From positions 6,751 through 70,750 of IMG/VR virus record IMGVR_UViG_3300025668_000786: a stretch of DNA of 64,000 bases; one strand, written 5' to 3'. The notes beneath the pieces are model-generated. The model ran no database searches and was not told where the DNA came from. It worked only from the letters and a program-made list of their open reading frames with translations. The DNA comes from a virus. A program made the position numbers and the translations under genes. This document shows positions 39,601 through 48,831 of the stretch, in pieces (the stretch's first letter is position 1; the number at the start of each line of letters is the position of its first letter).

Positions 39601-42600
39601 GATGGTATTCATCCAGATCGAAGCACAACCCCCTTCCATTAAATCCATCTTGATTTCCCTCTTTAACCAGGCCGATGGCTGAATTCTTAGACGGTCCCCC
39701 TTGTAGAGCAAGTTTATCATTACTCTTAACAAACGGCTTTGTGTTCAACCCAAGCAAACCACACAGCTCAACAATATTTCTAGCAGACGATTCTTTGTTC
39801 GTATACGTAATGATAAGCTTTCTCTCGCCTGCATTTAACCAACTTTTTATTTGTTCCACTTCAGAGGCAGAAGGTAAACCTACTGGATTAGCAACCCAAG
39901 CTACCTTCAAGTGTTCCATATCCTTAGTGAAGTTTTCTTCGATTTCTGGAGTTCCCCCTGGGTTGTAATCGGTAATGGTAGAAATTCTATCGGCAATACG
40001 TGAGTATTCATAAGCATCTTTAAAGCTGGTTCTTCCCGTCCAACCCCCCAACTGACCAACGTCGCCTATGCCTGGGTTGTCGCATGTCGCGTTTGGCAGT
40101 TTGATAAGATTTCTATAGAACTTTATGTTTTGATCTTCATTAAGATTGACTGGACGCTTCTCATCATAGAATTCCGCTCCGACATCTTCACCACCCAGTA
40201 CGTCTTTATTTTCTGAATGGGTAGTAGCTATCAAATAGACTTTAGAGTCTTCTTTGTCCGGGTTGTCCGGGTCGTCGCTGGGCCAGTCTTCCTCTGAGAC
40301 TAACACACTTTCATCGGAAACCTTTTTTCTTTTTGTCTGGTATGTAAGTTCAGAGTCTGCGGCACCTTGCAAGAACCCGTCTCTGGGTCCGTATTTGCCT
40401 GGATTGTAAAACGAAAGATGGTCCGATAGGTTCTGTTGCGAACTAGTAAGGGTGTTACTGACAACATTTAAGTCAGCAGTTTCAGTACCATTAATGCCAG
40501 ATATAGCAAACTCTACATTGTCTACCTGGTATTTAGCAAAATAATACGACCTGTCATTAATTACAGTAGTTTCAAAAATATCCTGACACGTTTCTTCATA
40601 ACCGCTAGTGGGCACAGCCGGGAAGAACTCGTCCTCTGTCCACTCAGCCGCAGTTAGAAGGGGTCGCGGTTCAAGTGTTGGTCTATTTATTGCACCGAGA
40701 GGTGGGCCTCCACAGCCTTTAGAGGGGTTGTCATTACCAAAGTGGAACGGCCAATTTATCTTATAGGGAATGCGACCACACTTCTCGTTCCATTCGGCTC
40801 TTAAATCCCCGCCATGTTCTAGCGGCATGTTGCATCTATCGTTAAGCTTGTTACAAGGAGCTTCGATTCGGAGCTTCGGCTTACTTACGTCCACGCCATC
40901 AAGATGTATACGAATATCTCCCACTCCACTAGCGTACATATTTGGATTTTTTATTTTTGTATTATGAGCATAAGCAGGAACCCTCGCTGCCGTAACGTTG
41001 TATCTGTCATCTACAGTATCGGGGTTGAAATTTATAGACTCATATTCATTTCTAGCTGCATGAATTCGCATCCTAGAGTCAAGCTTTTCAAGAATCTTGT
41101 TTATAATCTCGTTAGACTGTCGGTATTTCCCATGTTCTTCAAACGTTGGGTCGTTACCAACAAGTACTAAGGTTCTATCACCAAGGGCTAACCAGTCTTT
41201 TATGTTATCTATAACTTCGTCGCTGGCAGCGTCTATCTCTGGAGTAATTATGAATGCTAGTCCGGCCTCTTGTGGGATGTCGTTCTCTTCAAAAGCTGTT
41301 CTTCTGAATGGCTTGCCTTCAATGTTCTCAAAAATATACCCTAGGTCGTCATAACCCTTAGCGCCGGGGTGACTATTTTTATCAAGATTTCCAAACCGGT
41401 AAAATTCAACAGCGAGATTGTGCGGGTATTTTTTTTGGGATTCAAAGACCCTGACGGCTCCAGCGTTAACGTAGGAAGCCCAAGTATTATACCAAATGTT
41501 GTGATCGTCAAACTCGTTAAAGGAATCTGTAGGAGCGCCAAAGGCGGCGATGTCTCCGTTTTCACTCACGTCAGTGCTCCAACCCAGTCGTGGTATTGGG
41601 GCAAAATGATTCGAAATAAAGCTCCAGGTTCCAATAGGAGAGAACTTGTGATAGTCATATACCTTTTTATAGATAGAAGGCGGCGTCCCCCAGAACAGGT
41701 TGTCTGATCTAAATTTCCACTTATTATGTTCTGAAAGGCTGTTGTAGACCAATCTTTGTCCAGAGGCAGCCCCATGAACACTTGTTTGCTCTTGTAGGTC
41801 TACTAGCTCCTCCGCAAAATCATAACGGGTTAACCATCCGCCTAGCCCATTAAACAACCTAGACTCTTCTGTTGCTGACCTTTCGTAAATTGTACAGTTT
41901 TCAGATCTAGCAAACGGAGAGCCGATAGCAATAACCTCTGAATTATCACTAATAGCTACAGAGTGTGCAAATCTATCAATCGTATCTTCTGCGCCTAATG
42001 TATATCCACGCTCAATATTATACCCTGGTTGATAACCTGCTTCGATTTCTTGTATTAGATTGAATCTATCGTTTTCTTTTTCAAATACGTAAGCCCTGCC
42101 GGTGTAGATTGGCTTTTTGTTAAACTCTGTTAAGCTTGTTTTGGCCCACTCTAATCCTATTCCACTAGTAATAAAATTAAGGGCACCGTTTGCTATGAGG
42201 TTACCAGTGGCTAAAGTGTCGTTTAATAATTGCGCAGAAATCCCACCCCAATCTTCAGAACTGCCTGTGGATCTTTTTACGTATCCAGATCCGGCGGTTG
42301 GACCAGACAGATCAATAACTCCGCTAGCATAGCTGTATTCCTTATAGTAATCTATAAACTCATTAACAGAAGCCTCGGTGCCGTCAGTATATCTGCCGTT
42401 AACGTTATTACTATTGGCTGAACTGCTGTCGTCTTGGAGTATTCCTACAATTGGTGGTATGTTATTGTGTAAAATAGACGTATCTATTGGGAATGCTTTA
42501 TGGAACGCTTCTTTAATGCCACTAGTCATGAAATTTTTGTCGTCAAAGGTCTTAATTTGTGGTACATAGCTGTGCGTTATCCAGTCTTCTTTAAAATCTA

Positions 42601-45600
42601 CTGACGGTGTTTCTTCGTCTGCTTCAGTTATAATTTCAAATATCAATAGTTTTATATCTAACTCTGGTTGAACTTCGTTACCCCCAACATTCAACGGAGC
42701 AGAAAAGTATTTATATAGTGTGTATTTACTGTTTGCTGCTCTTTCAACACTAGCCGCGCCATCTTCCGAATTAATCTTGTCAACAAATACCATCATTGCA
42801 ATGGGCACGCCGGAAGTGGTAACAGAATCAAACTCTGATGAGAAACTTGCACCCGGAGCGCCAACCACGACAACCTCTTTATTACCGCTAGAAGTCGCAC
42901 CTAAAGAGTATCCGAATTCTCTACCTTCTTGACCCGGATACCACTGTCTACCAGAAATCGACCCAATACCTGGGAACTTAACGATTTCTCCCGGCAAGTT
43001 CTCAAAATAATTACCACGAAATCCACTCGGAAGAACCAATTTTTGTTCCGCTGCCCATGTCGCCTTTTGCCCTGCTACATCTTCATTTCTTCTGTAAAGA
43101 TACACAGCACCTGCTTTAGCTAATCCAGAACCTTCTTCATTTGCTACCGTCTGGTTTGGAGCACTAACGGCCATTAGGTCGCCCTTAACAACTACAGATT
43201 TTCCATAGTTATCATCTGGGTTTCTTCCAGATATAGCGATGTATGGGTTGTCACCAACTAGTTTTGCACCTGAGAAATTAATATCTGAATTTGTTCCGTA
43301 TTCCGTTTCTTCCCACTCTCTAGGTAGCTTTATGGACTCGGTAGACCCTGTAGAGATTTTTAATTCTGCGTTGTAGGCAGCACCCGGTGCCAGCCCGGTA
43401 TACTTTCTAATGTCATAGTAATTGCCACTCCAAGAACCCGAGGTGTAGGTTCCAATAGCCCTAAATATTCCACCGTCGTTGCAGGTTTCTTCTCTCCAGG
43501 TTGTATCATGTGTAATGATAGCGGGGTCAATTGCTTTTTCTGGACTGTCACCACTACAAGATCCGTAGCCTACAATGTCAACACCGCGAATATTATCATC
43601 AACGGGAACGCTAGCTAAGTAGTTATCTTCTAGGTCTATTCCAGTTCCATGATGACTATTAAACCATCTTACATAATTGCTACCGGTTCCAACAATGTTG
43701 TAATTAGCAGTATAAAGATTTATCTGTTCGTTTAAGGTCTGAGGTTCATAATTGTCACCATATAGTGTTAAGTTTAGCGATCTAGAGGGTCTATTGTTGA
43801 ATGTGAAAAGATTCATAGAGCCGTCAGGATACCTAGAGAACAACGCCTGACTTGCTATTGTGTGTAGATTCAACAGACCTGATGGCTTACCCTTTTCTCT
43901 ATCTTGGTTGCTTCCGTGAGAAATATCAACAGTAGTAAATATTGGCATCGCAGCAAAAGCTGCTGACACACCACTATCTCCGTGAGTAAATAAGGATAGT
44001 GGGTCACCACTTGGTATGTAAGAACTGTCCACGTTCAACGCAGTCATCGACATGCCAAGATGACCGTTCCCACTAGATGTAACCGTAGCTTTACCAAGCG
44101 TATGTAGATTTAACCAGCCGTTTGATCCTACGATGGTTGCCTCTGGACTACCAGAAGCAATCAAACATAATCCAGAACCAAGATTAGAAGCTGTTGCAAT
44201 TTGTCCACTAATACTAAAACCCAACGTGCTGGAAAGGTCTTCTATGGTTACAATTATACCACTAGTATTTAAAAACAAGCCAGAGTTTTCAATCTGCCTA
44301 GGTCCAACCGTGTAAAGGTTTAACTGACCAGAAGATTGTAAATGTTGAGATGTTGAGGTTAAATTTAGATATTCGGCAATTGGATAGCCCCCACTAGAGG
44401 CTAAATTCATCGCTCCAGAAATATTAACCCCGGTAACATAAGCATCCTCAAGCCTAATATGAGTAGTATGAATATCAATTCTAGATTCAAAAGGAGACCC
44501 AGATGGATACGCAACGTCATACTGTACAAACATATCATTAATGTCTTGGGAAAAATACTTCTCCTTAAACTCTTTTTGTCGTGGCTCAGTCGGGAACTTT
44601 GCCCACTCTTCTGATTCGTCTATCAGGCTATCATAATCAAAGACGCTCTTCAGTTTCGTCATGTAGCTAGACGGAGTAAGATAGTGATAATCTCTGTTTA
44701 CTAATCCCCAGTTTGGTTCATCAGAAACCCAATACGGCTCTTGATTTTTAGTATACAAACTAACAATAAGCTTGGGGCCAACCTCTCCGTCTTCCCACAC
44801 GATAGACTCAGAACCCTTGTGTTGTATGATGGTATCAACAACCAAAGCCTCTTCTGAGAACTTATACCCGCGAGGCAAGTTCTTGGTTATTCGACGGTTT
44901 GTAGAATAGAAAGTATCAACGGCTTCGCTAAGGTTGAATCGCAAGAAGTCGTTTTCAATCTGAGTATGATAAGCTAGATCGTTGTCTACATTAGTGGGCA
45001 GCGTTATGTCTGTAGTCTGTGAGTAGCCAGAACCGTGATGGTCTATATTGAAGCTGATTAGGTCACGGCCAGTTCTTTTGGTCCAGCGGTCAAAGGCTTG
45101 GTTGAATTCGGCGTACTTGAAGTCGCCAAGATGCCAATCGGTGACGCTATCTTCATTGACATAATCCCACAGCTTGTAAGAGTCGTCAGTGTAGGCGTCT
45201 GAGTCATCCCACCACTTAACTCTTGCATTCTCTAGGAATCTCTGGGCGGTCACTTCTTTGAATGTTAAGTCGGCGTTTTCATAGACCATGTTGCCACTAT
45301 TAGACAGGCCAAACTCACACAGGAACATATTGAACCCAACACCAGAGCCGGTTGAGTTACCAACTACCAGGTTGCTGTTACCAGTCGCCAGATCGAAGTC
45401 TGCAACGGAGCTAGCTCTCAGGGTCGTCCAATCGTTTTCAAATTCGTTATCTGTATAGAGCTTAAGCCCGCTTGAATAATGATCGTTGTATGTCAATATT
45501 ACACTTAGTGGGTATTGGTAGCTAGTATAGTGGGCGGTATCTATAACTTCGTGTGTTCCGCCACCTGTATCTTTGGCTATTCCGCGTAAATAACCGCCAG

Positions 45601-48600
45601 AGTATCCGAGGGCAAACTCTAGATCGTTACCAGAATCCCACTTCGATACAAGCACTCCGCTTTCGAACAGGTCGTATCCAACTCCAGAGACGTTAGCGTC
45701 TGGAGAGAAGCGTGTGTACAGACTGAATTGATCCTGTATATCAACGTCACCAAAGTTAATATAAGAGTTATGTCCAGATGTCCTGATAGTGGTATCAAAA
45801 GCGTCTGCAATCTGGCCGTATAATGGGTGTGATTCAAAGTTGTCACCACCGTTTACTAAAGATGTCCAGTCTATGGTTTGGTAATCGCCAGTGTATCCTG
45901 GTAGTTGATCTGTAAACAGCGTGTTATCAGTAAATCTCCAGCCAAGGTTTTTGAAACGGTAATCAGAATATGTACTACTTAATACACCAGTAAGCGTGCC
46001 ATGTCGAGGTGTGATGTCTGTACCCTGACCGTCTGTAAAATCAAAGTAGCCAGATACAAATGGGGAGTCCAAAAGTGGATTTTCATAACCAAAACCAAAC
46101 ATTTCGGGGTCGAATGGACCGTTAGCAAGTCCCGTGTGACCACGCCACCTTCTAGAGTAGTTAGACTTGATTGTAGTAGGCGTACCGTAGGACTGTGGAA
46201 TACCCTCTATCTTAGATAGTGGAGCATAACCAGATCCTGCATTTATAATATCGTCGCTAGACTGACGGGATATTGGATAGATTTTAGATTCTGACCTACC
46301 AGCAGCGAGAGTATTCAAGGATTCACCACCCTGGGTAGAAAGGTTAAGACCTCCTTGTGGCTTGTACCTTACTACGAGTTCTACCTCTCCGATGCTAGCT
46401 CCACTTGGTAGCGGGAAAATATCAAGATATAAATGTTCAAAGCTAGAACTCATGGTGTAGTCTTTAGACTTTCCAAGAGTTACCGTATCTTCGTAAACCT
46501 GTAGCGGTATCTCGTGCCACTTAAACTCTGTTGTTGTTACAACCTCTGGAGATAACAGGTAGTGGTCTCCACCAGCATTGTTTGTGCCGCTTGTCTCGTA
46601 GTATTGATCGGCGTCGGCTAGTGTCTCACTCGAAATACCAAGGTCATCAACCGAATTGAATCCAGATGTTACTGGGATGCTACCGTCGCCGGATGTGTTT
46701 TGTAAGAACCCACCAATCTTTCTGGTGACATTCAGTATTTTATCGTCACTATATCCAACGACATCAATTGCATAGTTTCTACTACCAACCTTTTTCTTAG
46801 CTAAGACTCGTAGGAAAACACAGTCTACTACAAAGAAGTTATCAGTTGTGTTTAATTCATTTTTATTGACAGTGTTGAACGAGCCGGATACATTGTGGCA
46901 ACCTGGAGACTGATCAAAGGCAAAATTAAATGCACCGTTTTCAACTTCATTAACAGAGCCAACTCGACCATGACCGAACTTTAAGGTTAATTTACCAGAA
47001 TCTGCAACTGGAGATGTAGAGTCTAGAGTAATATAATGTGTTAGATAATCGTTATTTAATAATTCTATATTCTTAATTGCGCCGGATTTGGTTTCGTTAG
47101 AGATGTTTTGGTTTCCGGTTCCATACCAAATACTGCTAACCGCTGGGTATATACTGCTTTCTTGACCGTATAGCGGCATGGCGGTTGGCCGAATGCGCCT
47201 TTCTATACGCTTGCCTTTCGTTGGCACCTCGCAATAAATTTGTACGCGGTTTTCAATGGTCGGACCTGGGTGGTTACCTGTTAAAGATCCAGTTCCACTG
47301 TTGCAAATTTCTATTGCAGAAATACGTATTGACCTATCTGGTCTAAAGCTATCTTGCACACGAGTAGACACTGGAGCACCATCTAAGGCTAGATAGTCAT
47401 CACCGTCACCTATTTTATCGTGAATCGTATGGCTTTCCTCAAACCCCTCGCTAAATCCCTCTTCAAAAGCGTCACTTAGATCGTACACTGTTACACTAAA
47501 CCTTAAGGTATATCCACTTGGTTCGTGTAGCAGTGGGTATTCTTTTTCCCACTCCCGCAGGGCGCCCTTGTTGACCTTCGGTGCCGATGAATAATTAGCA
47601 AAGTTTGTAATTGGGTGTTGATCGTAGTCCGCGTCTCCTCTCATTGTGATATCATCGTAGTGTGTAACTAGATTTCCAGACGGGTCTTCAAATTTAATAT
47701 TGTGAATTTTATATCTCGGTGGAACCTTAGCTTCTCTTGTAGCAAGAGGACCGGCCATTCGGAATCTAACCCTAGTGTCTTTTACGGTAACCAAAGGCTT
47801 GGTCATTTCACATTTAAAACTAAATGTTCCTTCGGTGTGCCTACCGAAAGGCTGTATGTAAGAGTTTATATCGTCTGATATAAGATCTCCACCACCCCAG
47901 TTTTTATAGTAATCAAGGGAAAATACACCCTCATCAATATAGTCGTAAAGATTGCCGCTTGATCTTTCTATCCCACCTCTAAAATCTGCAACACTGACAT
48001 CTGTTATAGGATAAAGCTTTTGTACGCATTTGGCAATATCAAAATCGCCTTGTATCTTATCGGTGTAAGTGGGTTTTAATTCTGAATCCGCCTGGATCGT
48101 CTGTTTGATTTTATAGTTTGCCGTTAAAGCTGTTCTTACGTTCCCAAGTCCATTCATGGGGGGATTCAAGACTAGTTGTATCTTTAACACGTTAGAGGTA
48201 CACGTTGTAGTACTTTCGTATCCACCATACCCATACCCATACCCATACCCATCGGATGAACTAGTCTCCGTGTAGTGCGAGCATAAATCGCATAAGGCTA
48301 AATCTCCAAAGCCTGCTGTGTCTGACAAATACTTAAGAGAAACAACGTCACCTAGTATGTCAGAAATTTCATAGGTGTATACAGATTCTAAATTGTTTTC
48401 TAAATCAACGTCGTCTATAGTAACTGTAGATCCAATAGAATCATAGAAAAGCTCGTTCCTGCTAAAGTCGTCAATCACGACGTTGTAATATGGCCCGCCC
48501 CCTAGACATGTATGATACGAAAAGCTGAACTCTAAAACATTTCGTTTTGATGTTAATGTAAGGGGGGCTGCACTTAGCTTGGATTTAACTTCTGATGTAG

Positions 48601-48817
48601 ATATTAGACTATTATTACCAAGACTTCTAAGTGGTGTCATCTTAGGTCTATCGGGATTTACGCTCCTCGGAGAGTCAACAGAACCAAGGTGTAGTAGCGA
48701 CGACTTTATCGAAGCTGCATTGCAAGAAATTTTAGCTTTTACAACACTAGCAGTCGCAACCGTTGTAGCTTCTACGGCTTTGTGACATAAGCATTGTAGC
48801 TGTATAGGGCTTCCCAT
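36617..48817 (-). CDS. Giant virion protein (4066 aa): LamG-like domain, LNL repeats, dispersed FG-GAP beta-propeller
   Basis: Seven FG..V....(V/A)GAP-like blades, LamG-like segment (SYINFG..FSLYTRF..LVSKW..FALGY..LKLY), immediately downstream of tape measure gene. Confidence 0.8.
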   Translation of the reverse strand: MGSPIQLQCLCHKAVEATTVATASVVKAKISCNAASIKSSLLHLGSVDSPRSVNPDRPKMTPLRSLGNNSLISTSEVKSKLSAAPLTLTSKRNVLEFSFSYHTCLGGGPYYNVVIDDFSRNELFYDSIGSTVTIDDVDLENNLESVYTYEISDILGDVVSLKYLSDTAGFGDLALCDLCSHYTETSSSDGYGYGYGYGGYESTTTCTSNVLKIQLVLNPPMNGLGNVRTALTANYKIKQTIQADSELKPTYTDKIQGDFDIAKCVQKLYPITDVSVADFRGGIERSSGNLYDYIDEGVFSLDYYKNWGGGDLISDDINSYIQPFGRHTEGTFSFKCEMTKPLVTVKDTRVRFRMAGPLATREAKVPPRYKIHNIKFEDPSGNLVTHYDDITMRGDADYDQHPITNFANYSSAPKVNKGALREWEKEYPLLHEPSGYTLRFSVTVYDLSDAFEEGFSEGFEESHTIHDKIGDGDDYLALDGAPVSTRVQDSFRPDRSIRISAIEICNSGTGSLTGNHPGPTIENRVQIYCEVPTKGKRIERRIRPTAMPLYGQESSIYPAVSSIWYGTGNQNISNETKSGAIKNIELLNNDYLTHYITLDSTSPVADSGKLTLKFGHGRVGSVNEVENGAFNFAFDQSPGCHNVSGSFNTVNKNELNTTDNFFVVDCVFLRVLAKKKVGSRNYAIDVVGYSDDKILNVTRKIGGFLQNTSGDGSIPVTSGFNSVDDLGISSETLADADQYYETSGTNNAGGDHYLLSPEVVTTTEFKWHEIPLQVYEDTVTLGKSKDYTMSSSFEHLYLDIFPLPSGASIGEVELVVRYKPQGGLNLSTQGGESLNTLAAGRSESKIYPISRQSSDDIINAGSGYAPLSKIEGIPQSYGTPTTIKSNYSRRWRGHTGLANGPFDPEMFGFGYENPLLDSPFVSGYFDFTDGQGTDITPRHGTLTGVLSSTYSDYRFKNLGWRFTDNTLFTDQLPGYTGDYQTIDWTSLVNGGDNFESHPLYGQIADAFDTTIRTSGHNSYINFGDVDIQDQFSLYTRFSPDANVSGVGYDLFESGVLVSKWDSGNDLEFALGYSGGYLRGIAKDTGGGTHEVIDTAHYTSYQYPLSVILTYNDHYSSGLKLYTDNEFENDWTTLRASSVADFDLATGNSNLVVGNSTGSGVGFNMFLCEFGLSNSGNMVYENADLTFKEVTAQRFLENARVKWWDDSDAYTDDSYKLWDYVNEDSVTDWHLGDFKYAEFNQAFDRWTKRTGRDLISFNIDHHGSGYSQTTDITLPTNVDNDLAYHTQIENDFLRFNLSEAVDTFYSTNRRITKNLPRGYKFSEEALVVDTIIQHKGSESIVWEDGEVGPKLIVSLYTKNQEPYWVSDEPNWGLVNRDYHYLTPSSYMTKLKSVFDYDSLIDESEEWAKFPTEPRQKEFKEKYFSQDINDMFVQYDVAYPSGSPFESRIDIHTTHIRLEDAYVTGVNISGAMNLASSGGYPIAEYLNLTSTSQHLQSSGQLNLYTVGPRQIENSGLFLNTSGIIVTIEDLSSTLGFSISGQIATASNLGSGLCLIASGSPEATIVGSNGWLNLHTLGKATVTSSGNGHLGMSMTALNVDSSYIPSGDPLSLFTHGDSGVSAAFAAMPIFTTVDISHGSNQDREKGKPSGLLNLHTIASQALFSRYPDGSMNLFTFNNRPSRSLNLTLYGDNYEPQTLNEQINLYTANYNIVGTGSNYVRWFNSHHGTGIDLEDNYLASVPVDDNIRGVDIVGYGSCSGDSPEKAIDPAIITHDTTWREETCNDGGIFRAIGTYTSGSWSGNYYDIRKYTGLAPGAAYNAELKISTGSTESIKLPREWEETEYGTNSDINFSGAKLVGDNPYIAISGRNPDDNYGKSVVVKGDLMAVSAPNQTVANEEGSGLAKAGAVYLYRRNEDVAGQKATWAAEQKLVLPSGFRGNYFENLPGEIVKFPGIGSISGRQWYPGQEGREFGYSLGATSSGNKEVVVVGAPGASFSSEFDSVTTSGVPIAMMVFVDKINSEDGAASVERAANSKYTLYKYFSAPLNVGGNEVQPELDIKLLIFEIITEADEETPSVDFKEDWITHSYVPQIKTFDDKNFMTSGIKEAFHKAFPIDTSILHNNIPPIVGILQDDSSSANSNNVNGRYTDGTEASVNEFIDYYKEYSYASGVIDLSGPTAGSGYVKRSTGSSEDWGGISAQLLNDTLATGNLIANGALNFITSGIGLEWAKTSLTEFNKKPIYTGRAYVFEKENDRFNLIQEIEAGYQPGYNIERGYTLGAEDTIDRFAHSVAISDNSEVIAIGSPFARSENCTIYERSATEESRLFNGLGGWLTRYDFAEELVDLQEQTSVHGAASGQRLVYNSLSEHNKWKFRSDNLFWGTPPSIYKKVYDYHKFSPIGTWSFISNHFAPIPRLGWSTDVSENGDIAAFGAPTDSFNEFDDHNIWYNTWASYVNAGAVRVFESQKKYPHNLAVEFYRFGNLDKNSHPGAKGYDDLGYIFENIEGKPFRRTAFEENDIPQEAGLAFIITPEIDAASDEVIDNIKDWLALGDRTLVLVGNDPTFEEHGKYRQSNEIINKILEKLDSRMRIHAARNEYESINFNPDTVDDRYNVTAARVPAYAHNTKIKNPNMYASGVGDIRIHLDGVDVSKPKLRIEAPCNKLNDRCNMPLEHGGDLRAEWNEKCGRIPYKINWPFHFGNDNPSKGCGGPPLGAINRPTLEPRPLLTAAEWTEDEFFPAVPTSGYEETCQDIFETTVINDRSYYFAKYQVDNVEFAISGINGTETADLNVVSNTLTSSQQNLSDHLSFYNPGKYGPRDGFLQGAADSELTYQTKRKKVSDESVLVSEEDWPSDDPDNPDKEDSKVYLIATTHSENKDVLGGEDVGAEFYDEKRPVNLNEDQNIKFYRNLIKLPNATCDNPGIGDVGQLGGWTGRTSFKDAYEYSRIADRISTITDYNPGGTPEIEENFTKDMEHLKVAWVANPVGLPSASEVEQIKSWLNAGERKLIITYTNKESSARNIVELCGLLGLNTKPFVKSNDKLALQGGPSKNSAIGLVKEGNQDGFNGRGLCFDLDEYHQNSRQKVNRDNPVIYGCGSDSFICEIETIEGTKELTINYDSLDKLVIGPAKDEGTNTLEVDLDTNPGSLDEVADAYEFYAIKVGDRSRKIIHYNEPIYESYEVPYIDWTIRGAGETKFTVQPGSGYRLYLDYVSENANENIPINVRLHGTDDKILHDGKPYYVKKHRNHSNVAVKYAGSTRTGIIDFKAHSDEITLSYLSSSFRRSGPQPFTPRILNISGCLLPIEHEIVSRSETEIIGEKCSGVWVVDPGKDVTVPGHMRPIKTDNTKYCPGFPVVEKECEDKGGQLIEDGPVVAAEEFEHFSPGSNGSERSRIVVLADSSMIQGPNTYRDDSVGSNQAFIRSLYPVSPRGLSGRNFDFTQKLRAPERGSPSKLWAASGLDGIMDLFESSTSRPAITSFSDDEDVLNPGDVGRPKEPSPPQMCGHIKTFAESVMPGYGFNGGTKDCPADPPPRFPTTRPIAFMTLESGVCFTSLPSNFMRKYGEDHLDFNVSYSGYPGDLFGYSVSLHKDKLVVGSPFNAFVGEKPISWSGIVAAYNAGDLGSGLELSNNGGAGAAFYFERTEKGRNAVSERLPWEYKQKIKPSSINVGIDNATSDSFTEKFGNQAVVSSKDFDKAPITDQLGYSVSIDADFVAIGAPGHDMGTLHHHIYEGDSAFIRKEFNASFTIPNHSFYDLGSSGVRIDKFNNASGINDLSRFVLNNGAVFMYEHSITDWPSRKKEWRYKDKIVSQGYNSREISTIVLPGSSGNENDLFGRSVSLDRARRGDSDYTLVAGAPKHDYGMFGEPSGDAGAVYTNDLMLREQIPAIPNTGSWIDAKVFTGDGDENDLHARVYQNTSGPSIEYSVSGLINANSNGDIFLEASGYDPAVRGFVAHRPYVTSVIAELLPGIETTGYMSLLISGKPISVDSSQSGEFPSGMNLFIDGPDGGIVYNSMNLHTGKDWTLTQVGSGNTPLSLAVSGAEPTAVSGTLNLFTSGVVQVDTDDPLNLRVRGF
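48225..48248. repeat. (CCATAC)4 microsatellite encoding GYGYGYG
   Basis: Four perfect hexamers. Confidence 0.85.
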
Positions 48818-48831
48818 TTGTTTGTTTTCCT

